DNA of 64,000 bases from an uncultured Gammaproteobacteria bacterium (GCA_964540095.1 CAZILH010000001.1:2552-66551); one strand, 5' to 3'; shown: positions 18,393-28,274, counted from the stretch's first letter. Notes: generated by a model from the sequence alone, not told the origin. Translations and numbers: made by a program.

Positions 18393-18971
18393 ATGTCTTT
18401 CTGGCAATGGTTGGAAAAGCGGCTGGTCACGGCTGACGATCCTCTTCCTCGTGGCTCAGCAGTCATCATTGGTGTTGGCATCGATGTGTCATCTAATGGT
18501 CGCTCTGCCAGCCCCTACTCCAGAGCCGTGGCTCAGAAGAGTGCTCTGCTCTTCCGTCTCGGCTGCGCTCGCCGGATTATCTTCACGGGTGGCTATTTCA
18601 AGCCCGGTGTTAGTGGCGTCACCGAAGCCTGGGGTATGGCCAACTGCCTCTTCCTTTACAAGCCGACCATACCAAGAGACAGGGTGGGGCTGGAGATCTA
18701 CGCCAACCGCACCTACCTGAACGCCGACTATACCTTACCCCTGCTTCGACCGGGTGAGAAAAGCGTGATCATTGTGGCCCAGCAGTGGCACGCTCGTCGT
18801 GTCCGTGCCACCTTCAAGAAACGCTGGGCTGGCTCAGGTATCGAAATCCGGGTCGTCAAGGCCTGGTCTAACTACGGTGGAGGAAGCCAGAAACGCCTCG
18901 ACCACTTCTGGTCATTTTTCCTCTGGGATTCACTCGCCTTCGTTGTCAGCAAGCTGAAGGGCTACTGCTGA
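18393..18971 (+). CDS. YdcF/ElyC/SanA family (DUF218) protein (GC-rich)
   Basis: IIFTGG, TEAWGMA, RTYLNA, VAQQWHARR; GGAGGTG SD before ATG 18393. Confidence 0.8.
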   Translation: MSFWQWLEKRLVTADDPLPRGSAVIIGVGIDVSSNGRSASPYSRAVAQKSALLFRLGCARRIIFTGGYFKPGVSGVTEAWGMANCLFLYKPTIPRDRVGLEIYANRTYLNADYTLPLLRPGEKSVIIVAQQWHARRVRATFKKRWAGSGIEIRVVKAWSNYGGGSQKRLDHFWSFFLWDSLAFVVSKLKGYC

Positions 18972-18977
18972 CTCCTT

Positions 18978-19028
18978 GAGCTCCTTGCCCGCGCTACACA
19001 CGCCGGATAAGGAGCTTATTTTATTTTT
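18978..19028 (+). terminator. terminator hairpin with TACACAC loop
   Basis: GAGCTCCTTGCCCGCGC-TACACAC-GCCGGATAAGGAGCTT then T-rich tract. Confidence 0.65.
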
Positions 19029-19035
19029 AAAAAAT

Positions 19036-21540
19036 TTATTTTTTCTTTTTTAGCTTAGTAGTCAACACATAAAAAATACTTATTACTAAAAATCCCAGCA
19101 AGACAAATTTTAATATTTTTTTGGCTTGTGAGGATCCCTGATTGGCTTCCACCGTACTAGTGCTATTAGTGCTTGTTGAAATTTTTTCGCCCAAAACTTT
19201 TTGCTCCATTTGTAAATCACTTTTATCAAAAACATCCAGACGCACTACTTTTTCATCAAACTGCAATAAGCCACTAGCAATCACTTCAGTGCCTTTGTCT
19301 AGCTTTAAATCCTTGGTGTCAAACTTAAGACTCAGGCGCAAATTATATTCTTGATCAACATCATCAGCTAAATAAATATTTTTGCCATTTTTTTTGACCA
19401 CTACTCCGCGCGCAATCACTAATTGCCCGTTATGTTCTTCATTGAGATCTGTGCTGTCTATAATCTCTGGCTTAACTATTTCCTGGTCACCTTCTAAAAT
19501 ACTTATTTCCTGATCACTGGCAATTTTTACTCTGGGCCAGGGATCAACTCTGGTAATTTTGCCAGATAAATAAATTGCGTCGCCTCTTTTATACTTGGCA
19601 AAATCTAAAGCACCGTAGACCTCAACTAAACGATTTTCATAATCTAACAAATATAATATTTTATTATTCTGGCCCCAAACCGTGGCTGTAATATTTCTAT
19701 TTTCTCCTTTTTTATATTCCAAGTTTTCACTAGCCGCCTGGAGAGTGTTCGCAATGTTTGCTTGCTCCGGACTTGGGCTTTCACTAACAAACCATTCGTT
19801 ATTGGCTAAGTCCCAAGCATAGGACTGACCCTCGGGGATTTTTTCATATTTTACTTCTTGCCAAACTTCATTCAATGGTGTAAGTAGGCGTACGCTGTCT
19901 ATGGTGTTGTTCAAAGTAATTTGACTGGTATTTCTATCAATCACCAAAAAACTGCCAGCTGAAATAATCGTGCTAGTGGCAAAAACATACGACTTACTGC
20001 CACCCTCCTCATCGTCTAATTGCCAGCCAAGTAAATCAATGTTTTTGGCGCTGACGTTGTATAGTTCTATCCACTCACCATCATCATTGCCAACTGGATT
20101 GGGCAACAATTCGGTGATTAACAAATCTTCTGTTCTAAAATCTATGGACTTAACATCGGCTAACTTCAAGTCAACTGCTTTATTTTCCACAACAATATTT
20201 TTGGTGACTTCATTGCTTAGTCCAGTAGAATCAGTGACTTTTAATTTAACCAAATAATTACCCGCTTTTTCGTAGACGTGATTTTCTTTGGCCTCATCGC
20301 CATTTTGATTATCGCCAAAATCCCAAAAATACTTTAACTCCCCTTCTTCAGGATCGGTGGATTCAGCACCTGAAAAAATTATTTTTGTATTAGCAAAAAA
20401 TTTATCACCTTCGATTTTTAGCACAGCTTGCGGCGCTTGATTCTCTGGCAAGACATTGGCCTGGCCAGGTGTAGGACTTGGCGTCCAAGCCAATGACCCA
20501 TTTATCAAGGCCCAGCTCTTGCCCTCTGGCGCCGAAGCATCATAAACAGCGCTATCTAATATATTGTTGTCTGGCGAATAAACTTTCACACTATCACCGC
20601 CAGTGTTATTCAAAGATATTTTTGTTTGATTTTTGTAGAGTACCAAATACGAGTTGCCAGCCAAAAGCAAACCCTGCCCAATAGTATATTGTCCGGCCGA
20701 ATTGTCCTGCACCTTGAAGCCAGACAGATCAACTGTGTTTTGTCCTTGATTAAATAATTCTATCCATTCAGCGTCGTCACTGCCCACTGGATTGGGCAAC
20801 AACTCTGATATTTTTATTTGTGACCAATAATTAGTCGGCACTCTGGTGCCACTACTAACCGGCGCTTCGGGAGCTGGCGTCTCCGGCTCCTCATCAGCCG
20901 GTGGATCGTCACCATCGCCACCATCATCTGGCGGTAAAGGTGGTAGGTCTGTGCCTTGACTTTTCACTGCGCCCGGAGTGCCACCCAAGACAAAGCTCTC
21001 TTGCCAGTTACTCACTGCACTTTCTTGCGTCAAATTTATTTTTTCTAGTGTTTTGCCATTGCCACTTGCGCCCCAAGTAGAATCATAAATAGCGCTGATA
21101 CTTTGAGTTTGACCGCCATCAAAACTCAAAGCAATGGTACTGCTAGAATTACCCAAGCTCATGACTGTGTCAAAAACCGCTAAGGCAAATCCCGGATGCT
21201 CAGTCAAAAAATTCTGCGCATCAGAGGCAATGATAAAATATTCGCTCACGGCAATAGTACTGGTGCCATTGACCAAATTCAAAATATGATTTGAGCCATC
21301 AAAAAAACGCCAAGTATCAGCACCCGACCCAGTTAAAACTTCTACGGCTTCTGAGCCACCATTGTAGACCTCAATCCACTCACGACCACTATCTGATCCA
21401 TCCAAATCGTACATGATTTCAGAAATCACCAAGTCGCTACTCCCTGCTTGAATGGTCTGCGGACAAAGCAAAACAAATATTAAAATAACAAGCGCCCAAA
21501 GGGCGACCGCCCTTTGGGCGGAAATCGCTTTTCTTTTCAT
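19036..21540 (-). CDS. surface protein with three lamin-tail domains, a PKD domain and C-terminal anchor
   Basis: 3x ISE..(PNP)..EWIELxN...L.NxG repeats; YFWDFGD...HVY...GNY.V.L.VTD PKD motif; C-terminal TM + KKKK. Confidence 0.85.
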   Translation of the reverse strand: MKRKAISAQRAVALWALVILIFVLLCPQTIQAGSSDLVISEIMYDLDGSDSGREWIEVYNGGSEAVEVLTGSGADTWRFFDGSNHILNLVNGTSTIAVSEYFIIASDAQNFLTEHPGFALAVFDTVMSLGNSSSTIALSFDGGQTQSISAIYDSTWGASGNGKTLEKINLTQESAVSNWQESFVLGGTPGAVKSQGTDLPPLPPDDGGDGDDPPADEEPETPAPEAPVSSGTRVPTNYWSQIKISELLPNPVGSDDAEWIELFNQGQNTVDLSGFKVQDNSAGQYTIGQGLLLAGNSYLVLYKNQTKISLNNTGGDSVKVYSPDNNILDSAVYDASAPEGKSWALINGSLAWTPSPTPGQANVLPENQAPQAVLKIEGDKFFANTKIIFSGAESTDPEEGELKYFWDFGDNQNGDEAKENHVYEKAGNYLVKLKVTDSTGLSNEVTKNIVVENKAVDLKLADVKSIDFRTEDLLITELLPNPVGNDDGEWIELYNVSAKNIDLLGWQLDDEEGGSKSYVFATSTIISAGSFLVIDRNTSQITLNNTIDSVRLLTPLNEVWQEVKYEKIPEGQSYAWDLANNEWFVSESPSPEQANIANTLQAASENLEYKKGENRNITATVWGQNNKILYLLDYENRLVEVYGALDFAKYKRGDAIYLSGKITRVDPWPRVKIASDQEISILEGDQEIVKPEIIDSTDLNEEHNGQLVIARGVVVKKNGKNIYLADDVDQEYNLRLSLKFDTKDLKLDKGTEVIASGLLQFDEKVVRLDVFDKSDLQMEQKVLGEKISTSTNSTSTVEANQGSSQAKKILKFVLLGFLVISIFYVLTTKLKKKK

Positions 21541-21582
21541 ATTTAATTGTTAATTGTAATTATTGACTAAAAAAATTTATTT

Positions 21583-22098
21583 TTATCTAAAATAATTGTT
21601 AATTAATTCTTCTGTTTCTGTGCACTTTATAAATTCCGCATACCCCGGATCTTCTGGTTCTAGCATCCGCCCAGTACTACAAGCATCGGCCCATAATAAA
21701 TAATCTTTATAAGCGTGCTTTGGCCCAATAATACCGGCATTACAAAAAGCTTCTGGTTGAACTGTTAAAAAACTCAAAAATTTTTCATTGCTCCAATGAT
21801 AATAATTTGGAGTAATAATGGTCTTAATTCCCCCGGGCAAATCCAAACCCTTCATACTGCCACTCTCAGTGAGTTTTAAAAATTCATTAAACTCTTCATT
21901 GGGACAAGTCTTATCAAAAGATCTTTCTACTGGATTAGTTATTTCTTGATAGAGACTAAAATTTTCTATTTGTTTAATTATTGGGTTATTTTTTTTATTT
22001 GCTATAAAAAAATATAAGCCAACTAAAAACAATGGAATTAAAAATAAAATAATTAATAAATGCTTTTTATTTAATAAAAACATATTAAAAATCACCAC
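21583..22098 (-). CDS. hypothetical membrane-anchored protein
   Basis: N-terminal TM; overlaps upstream gene stop. Confidence 0.65.
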   Translation of the reverse strand: MVIFNMFLLNKKHLLIILFLIPLFLVGLYFFIANKKNNPIIKQIENFSLYQEITNPVERSFDKTCPNEEFNEFLKLTESGSMKGLDLPGGIKTIITPNYYHWSNEKFLSFLTVQPEAFCNAGIIGPKHAYKDYLLWADACSTGRMLEPEDPGYAEFIKCTETEELINNYFR

Positions 22099-23105
22099 AT
22101 ATCAATTAAACTCCAATTAGCATATTTGTCCTCTCTTGTCCACGGCCAATAAACTCGCTTCGTGGAAATGTCCACTAAATGAAGTCCGCCAGCACCAGAA
22201 AAAATATAATATTTGTCATTGTTTGACCAAAAACCATCTATAAACATGCCCTCATTGTTTGTAAATAATAAATAATCTTTATCACTATCTATATCCCATA
22301 AAATAAACCGACAAAAATCAGTATTGTCACATTTCTGCTTAATAGCAAAATGACCATTGCTAGAAAGATGAAAGCCCAAATTATCTTCTGTCTTCTTGTC
22401 TTCTATTGCTCCAGAGGCCAAATCTAGTTTGCGTAAAAATGTATCTACTTCGTATAAAATTTTATTACCCTGTTTGGCAACCGTAAAGTACGGCCATAAA
22501 TTATCCACCAATTTATATTGAGTATTGCCATCATTCGTGACATATATAAAATCTTGCTGACCCTCCATGCCGCCCCGAACTAGGCCCATGATGTGAAAAT
22601 CTACTTTGCCAAAGTCATCAATACTCCCTACAATTTGATCATCTTTTTTGGCAAATGTTATTTGTTTTTTTTCGCTAGTATTATTAGTCAAATCAAAAAC
22701 CCAATAATACCTCCCTTCTTCTTTTCCTGTAAACAAAACCGTAAAGCGACCATTATTAGAAATGGAAAAGACCGGGTCGCCATCCTCTGGTGATAGCTTG
22801 TAAATTTCATTCTCACTGCGATTTAAGAGATTCCTAGCCAACAATGATCCATTTTTAATAAAATATAACAAATGTCTATCGGCATCCAACTCCACATCTG
22901 TTCGTTGATTAATGCTAACTTGATCAATTGTTTGACATTTATTATAAACGCATTGTTCCACCACAAAACCAACGGGGGTACTCCACAATCTGTAGTGTGG
23001 TTTCATAAATATTAGTTTTGTTCTGTCTTCAACTTTTTTTAAAAAAATAAAAGACCCACCAACTAAAATCAAACTTATTATCAAAATTATTATTTTTCTT
23101 TTCAT
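22092..23105 (-). CDS. membrane-anchored putative beta-propeller (TolB-like) protein
   Basis: N-terminal TM; repeated S-x-N/D-G-x-F and WSNNDKY motifs. Confidence 0.6.
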   Translation of the reverse strand: MKRKIIILIISLILVGGSFIFLKKVEDRTKLIFMKPHYRLWSTPVGFVVEQCVYNKCQTIDQVSINQRTDVELDADRHLLYFIKNGSLLARNLLNRSENEIYKLSPEDGDPVFSISNNGRFTVLFTGKEEGRYYWVFDLTNNTSEKKQITFAKKDDQIVGSIDDFGKVDFHIMGLVRGGMEGQQDFIYVTNDGNTQYKLVDNLWPYFTVAKQGNKILYEVDTFLRKLDLASGAIEDKKTEDNLGFHLSSNGHFAIKQKCDNTDFCRFILWDIDSDKDYLLFTNNEGMFIDGFWSNNDKYYIFSGAGGLHLVDISTKRVYWPWTREDKYANWSLIDMW

Positions 23106-23184
23106 ATTTATAATTATAATATTATTGTAACATAAAATTAGTGCCGGACGGAGAGTGGGGACTCTCCGTCCGGACTTTCACGCA

Positions 23185-23808
23185 TCACCCACCAATCACG
23201 TAGTAGCAGGTGTAAAGTGACACCTGGGACTCGAAGGTGGAAAAAGAAACGAAGCGTTCACGAACATAGTTCGTGGCAACCCAGTTGCTTTCGATGATGT
23301 TCATGCCAGCCGAACCAGTCGCCGTCACAATGAATGTGTGTGGTGTGACGCCCTTGGACGTTTTCCAGTTGGTTTGCACGATGCAACCAGGAAAAACCGT
23401 CCTGATGTTGCCTAGGGGCCTCAGATAGGGACTGCTGGCGAAATACCAGCCACTGGCATTCGGGAGTGTGCTGGGCAAGTTCACCACATTCCGCGAGGCA
23501 GCCAAGACAACGGCACGAGCCCAATCCTTGCAGTTCAGGCCAACGTAACGCCCGTTGTCCACCCACGCCCTCTCAATGATCGCCTGATTCCGCGTAGCCT
23601 GACTCAAGCCACGCCACCACGCCTTGTCGGCGGCAGTCGGAATCGCCTTATCCACCTGCCCACTGGGAACATCCGGGTTCTCTCCGCCCGGCTGAACACT
23701 CGTGGTCGGAGCCGTGACCATCGGCTCCTCCCCATCACAGCCCGCCATCCAGGACAGCAGGCCCAGGGCCAGCAGTACGCTGACCAGCAAACTCACTCTG
23801 CTCTTCAT
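23185..23808 (-). CDS. lipoprotein with CHAP-like (Cys/His) amidohydrolase domain (GC-rich)
   Basis: lipobox MAG|C; NCKDWAR...NASGW...PG...PHTFIV...IIESNW matches CHAP C/H/E-x-N pattern. Confidence 0.7.
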   Translation of the reverse strand: MKSRVSLLVSVLLALGLLSWMAGCDGEEPMVTAPTTSVQPGGENPDVPSGQVDKAIPTAADKAWWRGLSQATRNQAIIERAWVDNGRYVGLNCKDWARAVVLAASRNVVNLPSTLPNASGWYFASSPYLRPLGNIRTVFPGCIVQTNWKTSKGVTPHTFIVTATGSAGMNIIESNWVATNYVRERFVSFSTFESQVSLYTCYYVIGG

Positions 23809-24044
23809 GACAAGTCCTCCAATGAAAAAGACCTAGGAACAAACACGCGTCTGACTCTTGAGGGTAGTGGCAAAAATAAACCTCCTTTGTTGTAAAGAAC
23901 AAGTGCTCGCTCTTTTACCCTCACAAAAAATTGAGCCAGCTAAAAACTTTCGCTTTTCTTAGCTTGGACAAGGCCCGAAAGATACAGGCAAACTTTTTAG
24001 GCCTTGCTCCAAGATAAAAAAATATCTTAAAAAATTATGATAAA

Positions 24045-24458
24045 TTAATTATCTTCTTCAATTTGAATTTCCTCGATATCAATTTCTTCTTCCTTGGCGT
24101 TTTCGTCGCCTTTGGATTCCTTCTTTTGACTGCCACCGAGCATGATCAGATCAGAAGCCACAATCTCGGTCATATATTTTTTGACCTTATTCTTGTCTTC
24201 CCAAGATCTGTTCTGCAGACGGCCTTCGATGAAAACTTTGGAGCCCTTTTTCAAATAGGCGGTGATTATTTCGGCCAAATGTCCCCAAGCCACTACGCGG
24301 TGAAACTCGGCTCGATTCTTTTTTTCCTTGGTTTTGGCATCGCGCCACACATAATTGGTGGCCAAGGTCATGGTGGCTACCGCTTGCCCGCTGGGCAAAT
24401 TCTTGCTGATCGGATCTTTGGTAATGTTGCCGATCATACTAACCTTGTTTAGGTCCAT
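24045..24458 (-). CDS. ssb: single-stranded DNA-binding protein
   Basis: MDLNKVSMIGN, LATN, EFHRVVAWG, KGSKVFIEGRLQNRSW, TEIVA; acidic tail without DIPF. Confidence 0.93.
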   Translation of the reverse strand: MDLNKVSMIGNITKDPISKNLPSGQAVATMTLATNYVWRDAKTKEKKNRAEFHRVVAWGHLAEIITAYLKKGSKVFIEGRLQNRSWEDKNKVKKYMTEIVASDLIMLGGSQKKESKGDENAKEEEIDIEEIQIEEDN

Positions 24459-24592
24459 ATCGCTTTTCCTTTCTTTGCCTGCCGTTTTCCGACAGAATAA
24501 TTATTAAAGTCAAACCAAAAACCCCTATTTAACCCATGCCAAAATAGGGGTAAGTGGATTGACAAAAATGATTATTTATTTTAGAATCTAAA

Positions 24593-24682
24593 TTGAGGTT
24601 AACCATTCCTTCAGGGGATATGGCAATCTCAAAATCGCTTTTCTTAACAAAGTCCCGCCCATAAAGCGGGGTTTTGTTTTTT
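24593..24682 (+). ncRNA. candidate small RNA (about 90 nt)
   Basis: TTGACA-17-TAGAAT (24559-24587), hairpin 24593-24632, terminator 24647-24682, no ORF. Confidence 0.35.
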
Positions 24683-24857
24683 ATATAAAATAAATAATCG
24701 TAAAAAATGTTATTAATCCAGGTGGATTTAGCAGAAAAATTTGTTTTATTGTTAAAAATATAAAACATATCTTGGCTTTTCTTATAGCCGTCTATAAAAA
24801 CAATGACGGCTTACTCTGCCGTCATCTTAGCACTCGATATTTTGTTGTCAAGACCTA

Positions 24858-25454
24858 TTATAAATATTTTCCCAAAAAACTGCGCCGATGCAGTGGGCAT
24901 AAGCCGTGTTCTTTTATTAGGCGCAAATGCTCTTTGGTGCCATAGCCCTTATGTTGATCAAAATTATAGGCTGGAAATTCTTTGTGCCAATCAGTCATTA
25001 GTTGGTCACGAAACACTTTGGCAATAATTGAGGCGGCGGCAATTTCTTCATGCACACTTTCGCCGTGTTGGAAAAATTCAAGTTTAGTGTCTGGCCAATA
25101 TTTTTTGGCTGCGCCCACATAGTCAGCTACAATATTTATTTCTCCATGATTGATGTTGATAATTTTTTTTAATAAATCATTAAGCGCTTCTTGCATGACC
25201 AAAATATTAACCATTTGAATACCGCGCTGATCAATGATCTGACTATCAATTATTTTAATACTAAACAAAAAATTTTCCACTATCAACTCACTTAAAGCTT
25301 CTCTTTTTTTCTGAGACAACAATTTGGAATCCCGAACTTGCTTTAAAATATTTTTTTGCTCTTCCGAACCCATAGAAAAAACTGCCGCCCCGACAATCGG
25401 CCCAGCTACCGGTCCCCTACCCACTTCGTCAATGCCAATTTTGTATTTAGCCAT
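24858..25454 (-). CDS. rnhB: ribonuclease HII
   Basis: GIDEVGRGPVAGP, DSK, IAAASIIAKV.RD, HKGYGT.EH, HRRSF. Confidence 0.95.
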   Translation of the reverse strand: MAKYKIGIDEVGRGPVAGPIVGAAVFSMGSEEQKNILKQVRDSKLLSQKKREALSELIVENFLFSIKIIDSQIIDQRGIQMVNILVMQEALNDLLKKIININHGEINIVADYVGAAKKYWPDTKLEFFQHGESVHEEIAAASIIAKVFRDQLMTDWHKEFPAYNFDQHKGYGTKEHLRLIKEHGLCPLHRRSFLGKYL

Positions 25455-25543
25455 ATTTATATATTATACTTTTTTGACATAAAAAAGAAATGCCAGCTAT
25501 ACTTCTTGTGATGCACCAGAACCTAACAAATAGGGAGGTGGTC

Positions 25544-26047
25544 ATGGGACAACAACTCAAAGCCAAAATGGTGGTTTTTGAAAAACCGCAAATCGACGGT
25601 TTCGATTCAGAATGTTGGCTTGAGGGCATTTCAGTACTTACTCTTCCTCTCTTCTATTTTCTGGAACACGGGTGTGTCTTACCACAAGAAACCCAGCAAA
25701 ACGATTGCTCCTACATACACCCCTACTTCCAGATCCGAGAGACAAGAATAGAAGAGAACTGCCCCGTTGATGAGGCAATGGAGGCAGAAGGCGAAGAGTT
25801 GGACATGTCTCTAGCTGACCGAGATGTTGATTGGAAAGAACATGATGCTTTGGAAAGGCAATTTGATCTTGAAAATGAAGCTGGAACAGATGGCTTTGTA
25901 ATTATCACTTTGCCAAAATCAATCCTTTCCCTGACACCTTGGGATGCCCCCTGTGAAAACGAGGAAGAAATGCTGTGGGGCTTTGACCTCACTGCCAGCG
26001 ACATCCCTCGCACACCCATAACCTGCCAATACAGCAGGTACTCCTAA
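25544..26047 (+). CDS. acidic hypothetical protein (orphan)
   Basis: GGGAGGTG SD before ATG 25544; promoter TTGACA 25474 / TATACT 25498; terminator 26048-26086. Confidence 0.7.
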   Translation: MGQQLKAKMVVFEKPQIDGFDSECWLEGISVLTLPLFYFLEHGCVLPQETQQNDCSYIHPYFQIRETRIEENCPVDEAMEAEGEELDMSLADRDVDWKEHDALERQFDLENEAGTDGFVIITLPKSILSLTPWDAPCENEEEMLWGFDLTASDIPRTPITCQYSRYS

Positions 26048-26093
26048 AACACCCCGCGGACAATTCTGCGGGGTGTTCACTTTTTTATTAATT

Positions 26094-27317
26094 TTACTTG
26101 CTCATGGCTTCAGCTATCCGCTCAATAGCCAATACAAAAGCCGCTGTTCGATAATCTATTTTTTTCTCCTTGGCTATGTCAAAAACTTTTTGCCAAGCAT
26201 TAATCATTTTGTCTTTGAGCTTGGTATTTACTTCTTCCTCACTCCAATATTGGTCAGCTTTGTTTTGCAACCACTCAAAATAAGAAACAGTCACGCCACC
26301 GGCATTAGCCAAAACATCAGGTATTAGCTCCACCCCTTTAGCAAACAATATTTCGTCGGCCTCGGGCGTAGTTGGGCCATTGCCCATTTCCAAAATCACC
26401 TTGGCCTTGATGCTTGGCGCATTGTCGGCTGTAATTTGATTTTCCAAAGCTGCTGGTACCAAAACATCAAGCTCTAAGGCAAAAAATTCTTCCAAAGAAA
26501 TTTCTTTGGTGTTGGGCAAATCGTTCAATGATTGTTTATTTTTTTTGCGCTCCAAAATCTCTGGGATATTGAGCCCGCTTTCGCTGTAAATAACATTTTT
26601 AGAATCAGCCACAGCCACCACCTTGTAGCCCTGCTCAAATAGCGCCTTGGCTATACCACCACCCACATTACCAAGACCCTGTATGGCTACTGACATTTTT
26701 TGTTCTTCCCAAGATCTTTTATTGACTAAATCATTCAAGACTATCATCCCGCCACTAGCCGTGGCCTGATCTCTGCCCTTAGAACCACCCATATCCAGTG
26801 GCTTACCAGTGACCACTCCCAGTTGTTTTTCACCAACTAATTTTGAATATTCGTCAGCCATCCAAGCCATTGTTTGAGGGTTGGTGTAAACATCTGGCGC
26901 TGGGATGTCTTTGTCTGGCCCAATCACATCCTGAAAAGCCCGAACCCAAGCGCGAGAAATTTTTTCCAATTCATTGACGCTCAATGACTTGGTGTCTATC
27001 ACTACTCCGCCCTTGGCTCCGCCCATAGGTATATCAACTACGGCTGTTTTGATGCTCATCCAAAAAGCCAAGGCCTTGACCTCATTGATATCGACTTGCG
27101 AATGAAAACGAATACCTCCTTTGTATGGACCACGAGCGTTGTTGTACTGCACACGATAACCCTCATATATTTCCAAAGTGTTGTCGTCTTTTTTTATGGC
27201 CAAATTAGCCGTGATTATTTTATCGGGCACGCTTAGTTTTTTCAATATTTCCGGACTCAATTTAATTATAGCAGCTGCTTTTGTCAGCTGTTGTAAAGCA
27301 TTATCAAATGGATTCAT
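26094..27317 (-). CDS. gdhA: Glu/Leu/Phe/Val (glutamate) dehydrogenase
   Basis: RGPYKGGIRF, GGAKGG, DIPAPD, VTGKP, IQGLGNVG, NAGGVTVSYFEW. Confidence 0.92.
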   Translation of the reverse strand: MNPFDNALQQLTKAAAIIKLSPEILKKLSVPDKIITANLAIKKDDNTLEIYEGYRVQYNNARGPYKGGIRFHSQVDINEVKALAFWMSIKTAVVDIPMGGAKGGVVIDTKSLSVNELEKISRAWVRAFQDVIGPDKDIPAPDVYTNPQTMAWMADEYSKLVGEKQLGVVTGKPLDMGGSKGRDQATASGGMIVLNDLVNKRSWEEQKMSVAIQGLGNVGGGIAKALFEQGYKVVAVADSKNVIYSESGLNIPEILERKKNKQSLNDLPNTKEISLEEFFALELDVLVPAALENQITADNAPSIKAKVILEMGNGPTTPEADEILFAKGVELIPDVLANAGGVTVSYFEWLQNKADQYWSEEEVNTKLKDKMINAWQKVFDIAKEKKIDYRTAAFVLAIERIAEAMSK

Positions 27318-27326
27318 TTTTTTGGT

Positions 27327-28268
27327 TTATTTACTCCAGTCCGGACCAGAGACCTGGCCTTTCTGAAGATATTTATAAGCTTGTAAGGCGGCTTTGGCTC
27401 CTTCGCCAGCCGAGATAACCACCTGTTTGTAGGCAATCTGAGAAATGTCGCCAGCCGCAAATATGCCCGGCACATTGGTTTCACAATCAGCGTTGATTCT
27501 GATCTCGTGCAATTCGGTCAGGTCCAGTAGATCTTTGACCCAATCGGTTTTGGCGATATGACCAATTTCCACAAATACGCCATCAACTTTTATTTCTTTG
27601 CTTTCATTTTTTGATTCGTAGACCAAGCTTTCTACTTTTGCACTGCCTTTTATTTCTTTAGTGACAGCTTCGAATATTATTTCTACTTTAGGGTCGCGAC
27701 TTACCCGCTGAATCAAGACATCCTCACCTTTTAGTTTTGGCTGGCGCACCAAAAGATAAACCTTGGCTACAATTTTACTCAAGTATTCAGCCGCATCCAT
27801 GGCGGAATTTCCTCCACCAACTACGACCACTGTTTTGCCTTTGTATAGCGGGCCATCGCAAGTAGCACAATAAGCCACTCCTCGACCAGCCAGCTCTTTT
27901 TCACCAGGCACATCTAGATTCCTGGGGGTCAGGCCAAAGGCCATAATTATTGCTTTGGTTTCTAGTTGTTTCCCGTCGGCTAGTTGTAATACGAAGTTGT
28001 CATCTTTTTTTTCCACACCAACTACTTCACTCAAAACCAATTCTGCCCCACTCTTTTCGGCCTGCGTTAGCATTTTTTGACCCAAAGTCGGTCCATCAAT
28101 TTCCTCATAGCCGGGATAATTTTCAATGCTGTTGGTCAAAGCCATCTGACCGCCAACGTCCATGGAAACAATCAGGGTCTTGAGAGCTCTCCGCGCCGCA
28201 TAAATAGCCGCGGTCAGCCCAGCTGGTCCGCCACCAACAACCACCAGATCGTATTTGTTGTCCGTCAT
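27327..28268 (-). CDS. trxB: thioredoxin reductase
   Basis: GGGPAGLTAAIY, CATCDG, GGGNSA, FAAGD. Confidence 0.95.
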   Translation of the reverse strand: MTDNKYDLVVVGGGPAGLTAAIYAARRALKTLIVSMDVGGQMALTNSIENYPGYEEIDGPTLGQKMLTQAEKSGAELVLSEVVGVEKKDDNFVLQLADGKQLETKAIIMAFGLTPRNLDVPGEKELAGRGVAYCATCDGPLYKGKTVVVVGGGNSAMDAAEYLSKIVAKVYLLVRQPKLKGEDVLIQRVSRDPKVEIIFEAVTKEIKGSAKVESLVYESKNESKEIKVDGVFVEIGHIAKTDWVKDLLDLTELHEIRINADCETNVPGIFAAGDISQIAYKQVVISAGEGAKAALQAYKYLQKGQVSGPDWSK

Positions 28269-28274
28269 AAAAAA

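Noticed and set aside
14822-18971. Integron cassette array or prophage
   Set aside because: Genes face both directions and have their own promoters; no GTTRRRY/RYYYAAC attC pattern, integrase or phage structural genes were seen.
23930-24015. c-di-GMP-I riboswitch, suggested by GGCAAAC and GAAA
   Set aside because: The motifs are on the strand opposite the downstream gene and in the wrong order for the known aptamer.
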